Source: Rhizophagus irregularis (Eukaryota). Taken from it: a stretch of DNA of 64,000 bases. Of the stretch, positions 40,775 through 54,500 are shown one piece after another (the first letter of the stretch is position 1; each line of letters starts with the position of its first letter). The notes beneath the pieces were generated by a model. The model was not told where the DNA came from and searched no databases. It was given only the letters and a program-made list of their open reading frames with translations. The translations under genes were made by a program, and so were the position numbers. The stretch is taken from positions 2,046,001-2,110,000 of the forward strand of contig NC_089432.1 in the NCBI RefSeq assembly GCF_026210795.1. Reading direction: 5' to 3'.

Positions 40775-41747
40775 ATGTCTTTTTTCAATTGGTACAAAAA
40801 TCATTTATTCCGAAGACCAATTCTAATACAAACCATTACTATCTACTGGTAAATGTTTGTTTGCTTGATGAAATACATAATTTGATATTATAAATTTGAA
40901 TTTATTCAGGAACATTATTTGTTACAGGAGATATTATAGCACAACAATTTGTTGAACAAAGAGGGTTAAAATCTCAGTTTTTACAGAACTTTAAGACTTG
41001 GAGGATTTGGTTTATGTATAGCTGTAAGCATTATTATTTAAAAGATGAAAATTTTATTTCTAAAAATTTTTTATAATAAATTAAATAAGGGACCATCCAC
41101 GACTATCTGGTATCGAAAATATTAAGTAATTTAAAATACAGTCAGACCTCCATAATTGCACACCCATTGGGACCATATGCATAATTTTCAAAATAGTGCA
41201 TTTAAAGAGAGTGTGCATTTATAGAGGTAAAATAATTAGAGATCATATAAGCTTGGGACCAAACTAGAGGGTGCATTTAAAGAGACTAGTATACATAGTC
41301 ATAGTGGGTGCATTGTTCTTTAAAAATCCCATGTTAGGTAATATATACCCTTACATTATAAGATTAATTATTTTATTCCTAATTTATTTATTTATTTTGT
41401 TTTCTTTTTCTATAAAGGACTATTAACACATGTCACTTTAGATCAAGCTATATTCGCACCGTAAGAAATATCTCAAATTTTAGAAAAGCTTGGAGATGTA
41501 AATATAAATTCCTCTCAGAATATTTATCTTAAAGATATTGTTTTACTTAAGTTAATATTAATATTCTCAATATACACAGGCTTTTGTACCTACTTTAATT
41601 AATAATTATCGGCTGTACAATTGCTCAATTTTCAATTTATTTCCATTGAATTATAGGACTTTAGTTGTTAATTGTGTTGCACTTGGTTGGAATACTTGTT
41701 TATCTGTTATCAATAAGAAAAGTTCCGACAAAGCGAGTGTTAAATAG
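40775..41747 (+). pseudogene. SYM1: Mpv17/PMP22-family (SYM1-like) pseudogene
   Basis: Exons encode MSFFNWYKNHLFRRPILIQT, GDIIAQQFVEQRG, (frameshift) FYRTLRLGGFG, LDQAIFAP, and (P)AVQLLNF / PLNYRTLVVNCVALGWNTCLS. Frameshifts and a MITE insertion disrupt it. Confidence 0.8.
41139..41290. mobile_element. Truncated pogo/Tc1-type MITE inside the SYM1-like pseudogene
   Basis: TA|CAGTCAGACCTCCCATAATTGCAC start and GTGCATTTAAAGAG repeats, as in 14436-14610. Right TIR not found. Confidence 0.6.
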
Positions 41748-43902
41748 GAAACGAAATAAATGGAATTGACTACTAGTGATAAAATATTTTGTTATAAATA
41801 AACTTTAGTTGATGGTCTAGTAAAATGAGGAGATTCTTCGAACGTATTTATTCGCGTCTTATAACTATCAGTCTCTCTTTCTTTACCGAAATTGGCATCA
41901 TCTTAAAAGAAGAAGAAACGTCTGATTCTTCTTTTGCTTCGTTCGAGCAAATCTTTACAAAATTATTTTGATTATATTTATTAAGTCTATTACCATAAAT
42001 GAATTATTATAAAACCAGAAAGTCAATGGAATGTAACGATACAAACAAATTAAAATAAAGATACGGAAAATGACATTAAAGAAGTATTCTCTACGATGAT
42101 TTAAATGATTTAATTAAAATCTAGACAATATAATGAGTTCGAAAATGAGGAAATAAAAACGTAAATGCAATTACTTGGCATCTAGTAATTGTAAAAGGAT
42201 GAAAATTGGTCGAGTTATACTATGATTATTTAATGTCATTAGCATTGATAGATTCCGATTAAAATCTTAATGTCCATTAGTTCGTCATTAATCAATCACC
42301 ATTCAACACATCCTGATAGGAGAATCCAGTGTATTATGTTTTATCCTTCTGCCACTAGATAGGTTATAGTTTGGGACGTTCCTTAAGAGTAATAATGATT
42401 TCTATCAAAAATTTGTGCTTTCCAAAAGAATTATAAGAATATTTCATTTAATGATAAATATGTTACAAGGTTTTTATATTTTACATTCTTATTTTCAATT
42501 TATATACAGAAATATGGCAAAACATAAATTTGTAATGTTCGATTTAAAATTTGAATAATATTCGTTGTTATTTTGGGTATATACCGGAATCAAGCGCTAA
42601 TTTACTAGCATAACTAAATATTAATACTCGGGTCTTACTCAACGGTTTCGATTATCATTGATACTATATGTTAGTAGTAATGATAGTAACTTTTTTAAGA
42701 AGCGAGGTATTGAAATTTCATCATGAGAATAAAATATTAACAGCGCGAGACTTCTACGCGGAGTTTAAAGGCGCACAATATATATCACTTGCAAAAGTAT
42801 ACGGTTTTCCATCCAAGTTATCGGACGTTATATATAAAATTTGAATCATGTTTCGATAATTGTGCAAGTCCTAAATTCGCCAATCATTCGTTATTGATAT
42901 ACTGTCGTTCAAACTTCTCTTCCATTTATTTTCATATAACCATGAATATTTTGAAGCCCAAAGTGGATTCCATTTAAGGCTGTCTTTTTTAAACGTGAAT
43001 ATTTATTTTTTTTTTCGTCAAAGTAGTATCATTTAATTCTTCTTCTTTACTATCAATTTCGTTATCTTTAATATCACTAATTTGAATAATTTTTGTATTC
43101 TTAACATTTTGACTCCTTTTTTTTGTGGTCTTTTTTTCTTGAGGAGTAATAATCATTTAGGTATTTTGTGATGTCTCACAAAAAAAGAAAAATTAGACTA
43201 TCATTTTATTATACCTTGTATAACGATAAATTTTCTGCACAGAATGTACTTTGTTCAACATTATCTGTTGTGTGCACATGTGCACATCCAATTTAGAAAA
43301 TTGTGCACACGTGCACATTGTACACAATGGATTTATACACTATTGTTCTAGAACATGATTGACCAAAAAATCGATAAAGTATACATTTCAATTAAGAACT
43401 ATGTTCAATTTAAATTTAGAAACAGAAACAGATTTAATAATTCCTTGGAAATAATAATAATTTTTTGTATTTACGTAAGAAATCTTGTGTTTAAAGATAC
43501 TGTTAAATGACTAAAGTTACTAAATCTTTGTCTTTAAAACGAGGAAATAATAATTTACAGATAGTAGAAAAACACAAATTCCTAAACTTTTATTTAGTTA
43601 ACACATCTAACGGGCGATTATCCAACTGATACCATCAAAATCTCACATCCATATATAAAAGAAAATCATTTTAAATAATACGTTACAAAAGATGTTCTTT
43701 CCAATTTACCAAATTTATCCAGGAATTTCAAATTTCGTGCGATCTTTTGTGCAATCTATCCTACATAACTGTGACGTAGAAATGTCTGGTGATACTATCC
43801 TATCTATAAATAGTTAAAAATATTTGTATATTCTTCTTTAAATTCTACCTTTATAAAACCATAAAATTAACTTCCGCAGTAAAAATTTTCCTGCACTTAA
43901 CA

Positions 43903-46609
43903 ATGTCTAATAACACTGAACTTATTAATAATTCAAATGAGTGTAATTGGATAGAAGAAGCAATCTCTAAAAAACTTATCAAATTTTATGAATTTGGCCA
44001 ATTTTATAATATTGAAGAAATTGGTTCTGGAGGCTTCGGAAAAGTTTATCGTGCAGATTGGAAGGATTCTCATAAACGTTGTGCACTTAAATCTTTTTAT
44101 AATTTAAATGATGCTACAATTAAAGCAATTGTTCGTGAGGTAATAATAATATCAAAAAAAAATGATTCAATTATTATAATATTTACATTTCTAGTATAAT
44201 TTATTATTATTATTATTTAGATTCAACATCATCGTGAAGTTGATTTTTATGATAATGTTATCCGTTTTTATGGCGTCACAACTTTCAGTAGGGATATGAT
44301 AAGTTTTCAATAATCATTGTTTAACATATAATCATTAATTAACTTGTGGATTTTTCTTTTTAAAAGGAAATCAAATCAAAGAATATTCGTTGGTAATAGA
44401 ATATGCTGACGGTGGTACACTTCGAACTTATTTGAAAGAAAATTTTGAAAATCTTACTTGGAACGATAAATTTAGTCTTGCATTTCAACTGGTTTATGCA
44501 GTATCATGCTTACATGGTGAAGGAATCGTGCACCGTGATTTGGTAATTAATCAATTTATGATTTATTATAATTGTTTTTATTTAATGCTCATTTTATCTT
44601 AGTTTAATCTTTTTATACTTAATAATAGCACTCCAAAAATATATTAGTCCATCAGAATACTGTTAAGTTAGCCGATTTTGGACTTTCTAAAAGGATTGAG
44701 GAATCATCCAATCTTCAATCAAAAGTATTTGGAATGATTACTTATGTTGATCCAAAAATATTCAATAGAAGAAGAAATATTAACAATAACCAGCCAGAAG
44801 TATACTCGTTAAACGAGAAGAGTGATGTTTACAGTATTGGCATACTCTTATGGGAAATTTCTAGTGGACGACAACCTTTTTGTAATGAATTGAAAGATCT
44901 CGGTTTGGCCATGGAAATTTTACAAGGTCTTAGAGAGGACCCCATTCCTGATACACCTGAAGAATATATGAAAATTTATACTGGTAAATACTATTTAAAC
45001 CTATGATTTAAAAATAATACCATTTCAATTAATATATATTTTTTATAGATTGTTGGAATATTGAACCTGATAACCGTCCAACTATCAACCAAGTGTTTGA
45101 TAAATTAAAAGAAATTATAAAAAAAGAAAATATAATTATCAAAGACTTTCACTTATTTAATGATAATAAAATTAATGAAATTACACAATCATCTAATAAT
45201 CAGCAGCCAATTTTGGATGGTGAGATTTCTGAAAATATTGATTCATTACATGGAGATTTGTCTCAAATTATTCAAAATTTCAATGTGATGAATACAGAAG
45301 AAATAGAAAAATCTTCGATGTCATCAAGTAACCAATTTGAGAACAATAACTTCGATGTAATAGTTAATGATATATTAATTATTATTTTTAATGATAATAA
45401 TGAAGTAACAAAGCGAAAAGTCCTAAACTATCTTAATAACCGTAATATAACTTTGCAAGAAATTAATAATTTATTATTAAATAATCAAAATGACTCAAAT
45501 TCTCTTGCCTTACTTGGAGATTTTAATTATTTTGGACTTGGAATTTGTATTAATAAGCAAAAAGCATTTAAATTATATCAAAAGGCAGCAGACTTAGGGA
45601 ATTTATTTGGAATAATCAGTTTAGGATATTGTTATTCTAATGGAACTGATATTTATAAGAAAAAAGCATTTGAATTATTTCAAAAGACAGCAGATTTAGG
45701 AAATTCGTCTGGAATAAATAGATTAGGATTTTGTTATCAAAATGGAATTGGAACTGATATTGATAAGAAAAAAGCATTTGAATCATATCAAAAAGCAGCA
45801 GATTTAGGAAATTCGCCTGGAATTAATAGTTTAGGATATTGTTATCTAAATGGAATTGGAACTGATATTGATAAGAAAAAAGCATTTGAATTATTTCAAA
45901 AGGCAGCAGATTTAGGAAATTCGCCTGGAATAAATCATTTAGGATATTGTTATCAACATGGAATTGGTACTGACATTGATAGAAAAAAGGCATTTGAATT
46001 ATTTCAAAAAGCAGCAGATTTAGGCAATTCATCTGGAATAAATCATTTAGGATATTGTTATAAACATGGAATTGGAACTGATATTGATAGAAAAAAGGCA
46101 TTTGAATTATTTCAAAAAGCAGCAGATTTAGGAAATTCATCTGGAATAAATCATTTAGGATATTGTTATCAACATGGAATTGGTACTTACATTGATAAGA
46201 AAAAAGCATTTGAATTATTTCAAAAGGTAGCAAATTTAGAAAATTCATCTGGAATAAATAATTTAGGATATTGTTATCAATATGGAATTGGAACTGATAT
46301 TGATAAGAAAAAAGCATTTGAATTATATCAAAAGGCAGCAGATTTGGAAAATGTAGATGGAATAAATAATATAGGATATTGTTATAAAAATGGAATTGGA
46401 ACTGACGTTGATAAGAAAAAAGCCTTTGAATTATATCAAAAGACAGCAGATTTAGGAAGCAGTTTAGCTCAATATAATCTTGCTATGATGTATGAAAATG
46501 AAGGAACTGTTAAAATATAGATAAAGCAATTTATTGGTACAAAAAATCAGCTGAACAAGGAGATCAAGAAGCTCAAAATAGATTAGAAAGACTTAAAAAT
46601 AGGAAATAA
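43903..46609 (+). CDS. Kinase-Sel1 protein 6: canonical kinase, 10 Sel1 repeats, frameshift in the last repeat
   Basis: Exons 43903-44139, 44221-44287, 44367-44542, 44629-44983 and 45049-46520 (stop as sequenced). The shifted frame continues IDKAIYWYKKSAEQGDQEAQNRLERLKNRK* to 46609. Motifs: GSGGFGKV, CALK, HRDLHSKN, ADFG. Confidence 0.9.
45560..46470 (+). repeat. Intragenic 108-bp tandem repeats (highly homogeneous Sel1 units)
   Basis: Repeated AAAGCATTTGAATTATTTCAAAAAGCAGCAGATTTAGGAAATTC..TGGAATAAAT..TTAGGATATTGTTAT..GGAATTGGAACTGATATTGAT with a 36-codon period. Confidence 0.9.
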
Positions 46610-47889
46610 AGAACAATTCATTTAAAATATTTGTTGAACATTTAAATAAAATCACCGCTACTACAGTTATTTACTATTTTCCGTTTTTTATTTTAAATAT
46701 TTAAAAGAATAGTTTTAAACCAAAAATTTTTTTGCCAGTACTTTATAATTCTTATTAATATTTCTTTAAGAAACAAAGTGCTATTTAAAATTAATTTCAT
46801 TCATTCAAAAAATTAATATATATTTAATACAGTATCGAATTAATTGGCATAAATTTTATTTATGATTATTAAATTAAACTAATAAATCAGTCAAAGGACT
46901 ATTTTAATATTGTTGTTAATTAAGTAATTAAAAATAATAGTAGTTAGTCACATTTTATATAAGTTTAGGTCATTTTCTACAGTGTGTATAATTGAGACTT
47001 AAATCGTAATATTAATTAACCATCAGCATTGATTTTTTAATTGTTCACTTGTGATACTAAATATAGATATTTTATTTTTCTGGAAAATATCGATATTACA
47101 TAAGGTCTGATTTGAAAATAATTACTATTTACGAATGATATGAATAAATAATTAAATAAAAAGATTACTCAATATTTAATATATAAACAGAGATATAATC
47201 TTTAGAATATCTCGCGTAAAAGTGTCTTAATTAACAATATAAATACTCTTTCTTTTTTATTAAATACTTTATAAAAGTATTCTTAGTATTTGGATTAGAA
47301 CAATTGTGTGATTCTATATAGAGCTTACTTGAAATTAATGGTATTATTTATAATATTAAATACTATATTTTATTTTTATATGGTTACAACACTTGATCAA
47401 AGTGAAGTTCCTTATAAAGTATAGGCAAAATTATTTTGACATGGATGGAATTGAAAATATTCATCATCATGCTAGCTTTATATTTTACAGAGATCATAGT
47501 TATGTAACTGATATTTTAGTATTGCCTGTATTTGTATAATTTAGAAACACTTAGTATAATTAAAACAACTTTTAATAACTTCTAAAATGTACTGTAATGT
47601 GAGATAGATATTTTTCCCAAAATTCAAAATAAATAAAACAAAAATTATTATTAATTACAAATAATCACATAATTTCACAATTTCAAATTTGGAAGCTTTG
47701 TATTTGATAAAAATATTATAACATTATTGTTTTCATTAGTATAAATAAAATTTGCATTTGAAATTGATGAAAAATTCATCTAAGGAACAATTTTGCCAAA
47801 ATTGTTACAAATTTACAACGTAATAAAATCATTATTATCTTACTTCTTTCGTATGTTTATTACATTAATTTTAAACTCCAACAAGAATC

Positions 47890-48090
47890 ATGAAATATAT
47901 AAAAGGTCACGACATCCAAAAAATTTTACTATTAGCCGCATTTTGTCAGGACTGAAATGGTGATAATTTTGGTTAATGTTCAAAAAAGATGATAACTAAA
48001 TTTTCACCCGGAATTACCTAAAAGAGGAAAGATTTTCATGATTTTTTTTTTTGGCTGGTTGGACGCAAACTTCAAACCATATATATTAAG
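47890..48090. mobile_element. Diverged copy of the 39168-39405 MITE
   Basis: Shares GAAATATATAAAAGGTCA and AATTA(C/T)CTAAAA(G/A)GGAAAGATTTTCATGATTTTTTTT..ACGCAAACT. Confidence 0.5.
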
Positions 48091-51000
48091 GGTTAGAGGC
48101 CTGCAAACGGAACCCCTCTTCACTTTATTTAAAAATTATTTAATAATATAGCTCGTAAGTCGTAAGTTATAAGATATTTATTTAATATAATATTTACATA
48201 AAATAATTAAATTCCTTATTTAATAAAATTATTTACGATATAGCTTGTAAGTCATTTGTTTTTTCTATTTTTATATATTTTATATAATATTTATTTGTTA
48301 ACTGGATTCTTGTATTTAAAAATACCTGAATTGTAAGTTATTACACAGTGAAATTCGATATAACGGAACCATCCGTTCCAGTAAAAATATCCGGTAAAAA
48401 ATTTCGATATACCGGATTATATATAAATCACATGAAATTCCGTTATATCAAGTTTTTATTTGTGCAAGATGTGTTACGAATATTGAAAATTTAGATTATT
48501 TTCATTTAAAACATTATTTGAGAAATTTTATACACTGAAATTAACTAAAACTTAAAAAAATCATTTATTCAACCCTGTTTTTGCTTTTTCTTACTTCACT
48601 ATTAGACATTTTCAATAAAAAAGTTCGCTTTTCAAATAAAACAACTTATTTAGGAAATTTTATTTATATTATATCCTTATGAAGTGATGAAAAGTTTCTG
48701 AATATATGGACTAGGAATGTTAAATATTTATAATTCAAAACTTAACAAAGTTCAAACGTCTTTTAAACTCAACCTGTCTCGGCCCGTATTCCAATTGCCA
48801 CCCTACTTGGATTTGCGGTATTTGGCTGTAGTTTTTTAACCTAAACTATCAGGTGACCCGTGATCATGACGTTAATTATCTAGCGAGCGAATGTAAGCTC
48901 CTTGTCTTCTCTCCACGGTATAACTTCGGAAAATTAGCAAGTCATTACTCGGACCAATGCGGGCTACCGTTGGTTTTGATTCACCGTAATCTTATTACGT
49001 AATCGCCTGATTGCAAGCACGCGCTACCAAAGTACTTGCTTTCGGTGAATTTATTCATTACATTCATACTAGGTATAATTTGGTCTTACGAAGATTACGA
49101 AATAAATGCCTTGGAAATACAAAACTATTACAACCACAGACAATAACAATATATAATAAAATTTCTTGTATTTTTTTTTCTAAAAAAAAAAGATACGATT
49201 CGATATAGAAATAACATCTACTAATTTTTGATTTTATATATATAAAAATACTCTTTCTCAGTATTTAAATGAAGCAATGAACAATTATTATATAAAGCCA
49301 ATTTGCAATGTATAGGTAGATCACTTCTAATTTTTTTCCGCAACATGTAGGAGATCCATTTAATCATTAAAAACAAATCAATATATTCACAAAAAGTTTT
49401 GTATATAAAAATAACCTCCCGATACCATGAAGAATCGCTTACGAAGAACAAATACTTTACGGCAACATGTCAGGAAAAGAGTTAATCACGTGTCCGATTT
49501 GGTGTCATCTATACAACATATACAAAATATTATTTTTTCATAAATTCTAAATTTTTACTGCTGTTTCGATTGAGGGACGATAAAAAAAAGTCTTGGCAAG
49601 CAACGAGGAATATACTATCGTCACTTTAATAGAATAAATAGTGCAAAACCTTCTTGAGACAGGTAACAAGAAATTAACTCAAAGTACGGTTACAGCATTT
49701 CACAACTATTTATTTCAGTAGCTCTATTTTACGGTACAAGCGAGAAGTAGTGGTAAATGTTATTCTTGAAAAAAATGAGTTAATTCATAAAATTCTATTT
49801 CAAAGAATAACTCCCTAACGTCAAGTATATGATATTAATGGCGTTTATACTATAGCTTTAGCCATTTACAATTTTGGTACAAAATATTATGGAAAATGCA
49901 GTCGTAAGTCGTAACGATCTTGCACTTTATTATTGGAACTAAGTGAGTTAAAAGAAATTTTTTGCTTTTGAATCCACATTCGATATTAAAAAATTTTAAA
50001 TCCTTTAAAGCTTATATTGGCTTGATGGTGAACATTATCAACCGCCTTGGAGATTTGTTTTATATTGAACATCTATAAGAACATATCTGGATCAATTTTT
50101 CTTCAAGTTCTCTTGAAGAATTTGATTTATGAAAGATTCAGAATTATTCTAATGAAAAACAGATGTTCTATCCTGATCATACATAACTCAAAAATTTTTT
50201 GTACCAAAGAACTTGATACTGCAGGTATTGATTTAGACGTTTATCTAGATAATTTGTATGTTCATATTTGCTAACACCTCCATAGTTTTTATAAATGAAA
50301 AAGATCAATATGAAGGTGAAATGGAGGAGAATGTTAGTTGCTTCATTTATCGTTATTTTAATGATTATATGTTCAACGTAACTCTTTTTACTAAAAGAGA
50401 ATCTATTATTAGATGGATGAACAGTAATGTAATAAATGATCTCTACAACAATTGATCTCACTTCCAGTCCAACTCAACAGCTTTAATACTATTGCGATAA
50501 AAATATAATATGATGCACTTTCAAACGATAATTCTAATTAAGAAGTTATCAGAAGGCCATATCAACTATGTAGTACTAAGCAATTTCGTTTAACTGCCGC
50601 TCAAGCGACTTGTTACAGGAATTAGCAGTAACGAGCAATGAAGGAATTTATTATGTTTGGAAAGTACAAATAATGCTCTATCAATATCAATATGACTTGT
50701 TGCAAAAGTCAATACTGAAGTAGGTTGTTTTTCTTCTGGTATGTGCGTTTGAACAACTAGGGAGCGCAACTTCAATATTTTGTTGTGGGTTATTACATTA
50801 AAGGATTACATTAAAGGAGAGTTACGATAGTTAATAAGTATGGATGAAAAGTGGTGGCTTGTTTATCTCATTTATACCATCTAACTGTAATACATTTTGT
50901 ATGGTCATTATCGATTTGACATAGCACTAAATCAGATTGTATATATTATAAAATAATTATGAAGGTTGACATTACGGCACGGTGTAGTTTTTCAGTACTT

Positions 51001-51599
51001 AAAAGTATAAATCAATAGAATTTTTAATTATTTGTATAATTTATTATTTATCTTCAAAATATTATTTCAAGATTCTTGTAATTTTGTTAATTAGATCAAA
51101 TGGTTTTTATTGAGTTATTTTGATTTTATATTATTCCATTAATTTCACTTGTTAGCTATGATCTAAGTGGTACTATTATAAATCTTCTCTTGGGCAATTA
51201 ACTCTGTATGATGTTATATAATGAATGCGAATAGACTAAACTCAAACTTAAACTCATATAAATATCTCAGAATTTTTAAATACTTTGTATTGTATATCAT
51301 CATTGACACCAATATGAATTAAAGTTGAGAGTTTTGGCTAATATAAAACATGTTAAAATGAATAATTAGACAATTTGATTTCATTTATATATTACTTATT
51401 CAAACTTTCAGAGATACTTACGATATTCATATTCACATTATTCGCCTGATCGTCATCATTCAATAGATTCAGCTCTTTGCAATTGGCGGCTATTTTTCAT
51501 TTGTTAAATATAATCCATTTTATCAATAAATTATACTACCTCCAGAATAAAAAATAAGTAACCAAATGTTTTTTACCTTATCCAATAATTTTGTCCAGC

Positions 51600-54500
51600 G
51601 ATATGTTTAAATAAATTAATAATCAAACAATCCACATACCAAATATTTATTCATTCATCCAGCAATAAAAATCATGTTAATAGAATATTACAATAATGAC
51701 AAACAAAGAAATAAAAATCAAACCACATTCTAGGATATTTTTGAACTCTATATAAATTATCTAATTCGATAAAATTCACTCGTTCATTTCTTTGAAGTCC
51801 AAAATAACTCGGTCACAATTGATCTTTATATTTATCCAAGCCAAATCCAATTTTATAATATTAATTATCCATTGTTCTTCCATACATTTATCACTTGAAA
51901 TCTTTTAATCCATTAATTCTTTCAACACATCACTATCTTCACACTTTCCACATTTATCCAAACAATCAACAATAATATTTTATATTTATCCAGTAATAAA
52001 ACAACAAATTAGTGAAATACCTTATTAATAAAGAAAATGAATAAATAAAATAAATAATCAAACCATATCCTAGAATACCAAAATTTTTAATTTATCCATT
52101 GCTTATCCAGATCAATGTTATAACAATTCTAAAGATTCATTCATTCATCTCTTTAACAATTAAAAAAATATAAAAATCAAAATCAATATTATCCATCCAT
52201 TATTTCCATATCTTTGTTTATCCAGTATTCGGTAAAAAATATGTTATAACGATATTCTATAGTTTTCGATCACGTTACTTTAATTATTTTCTTAACTGCT
52301 AGGCGGTAAATATTCATACACTTATATTAAAATTAACGGCAAATAAAATCAAACCATATCCACATAGAATATTATATCTCCAAATAAATCAACAATTAAC
52401 ATATTTCTATTTACTGAGCATATCGTGGTTGAAAATTATATAGTTATCATTTATCCAGATTTATAATAACTTTCATTTGTTATCCATTTATTACTAACTT
52501 CCACACAATTATTTTATCCGGCAATAAAATAAATATATCAGAAAAATATTTCACATCCAGATAATTAATCTTTACTTTATATAAAGCTCCAATTCAGCAA
52601 TAACTAAATAGATCACATGAAATTCAATTGCTTTGCCATATCCATATTATTGCATTTCTCTTTTCAAACAATTGTATATTCGTCCAGTAATAAAAAAAAC
52701 TCAAATTAGTAAAGTATTATTTTAATAAAAAAAAAATAAGTAAATAAAAAAAACAACCCATATTCTAGAATATTAAAATTTTTAATTTATCCAACAAAAT
52801 TATTCAAATTATCTTTATAAACCAGCCAGTAATTAATATATCATATTTATAAATTTCATTGCCTTCCATTTTAGTATAATTCATCCATTGTTTCCAAATA
52901 ATTTTCATTTTGTTCAACAATAAAAAAAATTAATGTGAGTAAAATATTATAAAATAACAGAAAAATATAAAATAAATACAAATCAAACCATATCCAAAGC
53001 ATTTAAGATTTATATTTTCAAATCAATTTAATATCAATTAATTCCAAAATAATAATAATATTATATTTTCTTCCATTGTATTTGTATTATCATCTATTAT
53101 TCTCCACTACCAATATCAGTATCATAATCTTAATATTTCCAGAACCATCTATTTTTCTCCACTATCAATAATTAATTTTTCAGTTTAACATCCAAATTGT
53201 TCAAAATTTTGATATTATTTATTTGTATATTTCCATTTCACATTTTTTATTCAGTATCCAGATAAAAAAAATATGTTAGTAAAATGTTATATAAATAATA
53301 AGAAAGATCACAATTTTAAAAATCAAACCATATCCGAGATTATTTCATCAAATAATTTGTCTAGTAACATTTTATGAATCAAAAAATCCATTATTTTCCA
53401 CTACCAATAATTAATCTTTTCCAGTATCATATAATTAATCTTTTTCAGTATCAAATAATTAATCTTTCCAGTAACATATAATTAATTTTTTCCAGTAAAA
53501 TATACTAATTAATCTTTTCCAGTATCATGTAATTGATTTTTTTTAGTTAATCCTTTCCAGTATAATATAATTAATCTTAATATTTCAAGTATTGTCTACT
53601 ATTCTCCACTATTGATAATGAATTTTTCAGTTTAGCATCCAAATTGTTCAAATTTTAATATTATTTATTTATCTATTGTCTTTCACATTTTCTATTCAGT
53701 TTCCAGATAAAGAAAATATGTTAGTAAAATGTTATATAATAAGAAAGATCTCAAAATTTTAAAATCAAACCGTATCCGAGATTTTTTATCATATGATTTT
53801 GTTTAGTAACTCAAAAATCCATTAATCTTTTCCAATAAATCTTTTTCAGTATCAAATAATTAATCTTAATCTTTCCAGTATTTTCTTTTATTTTCCACTA
53901 CCAATAATTGATCTTTTCCAATATCAATATAATTAATCTTTTCCAGTATAATATAATTAATTTTTTCATGTATCTTATAATTAATTTTTTCAATATCATA
54001 TAATTAAACTTAATCTTTCCAGTACCATTTATTATTCTCCACTATCAATAATTAATTTTTCAGTTTAGCATCCAGCATCCAAATTGTTCAAAATTTTAAT
54101 ATTATTTATTTATCTATTGTCTTTTCACATTTTTTATTCAGTATCCAGATAAAGAAAATATGTTAGTAAAATGTGATATAAATAATAAGAAAGATCACAA
54201 TTTTAAAAATCAAACCATATCCGAGATTATTTCATAAATAATTTTGTCTAGAAACATTAAGAATCAAAAAATCTATTATTCTCCACTACCAATAATTGAT
54301 CTTTTCCAATATAATGTAATTAATCTTTTCCAATATTCATATAATTAATTTTTTTCAGTATAAATAATTAATTTTTTCCAGTGTCAAATAATTAATTTTA
54401 ATATTTCCAGTATTATCTATTATTCTCTACTACCAATGATTAATCTTTTCCAATATCATATATTAACTTTTTCCAGTATCAAATATAAATTAATCTTTTC

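Noticed and set aside
41800..43150. Possible degraded minus-strand gene (WNPLWASKYSWL, charged stretches)
   Set aside because: Too fragmented to assign a family or boundaries without a search.
45823..46317. 164-aa repetitive minus-strand ORF
   Set aside because: Antisense shadow of the 108-bp Sel1 repeats of gene 6.
49600..50780. Short overlapping ORFs with some splice-like signals
   Set aside because: No recognisable domain and no consistent spliced frame found by eye.
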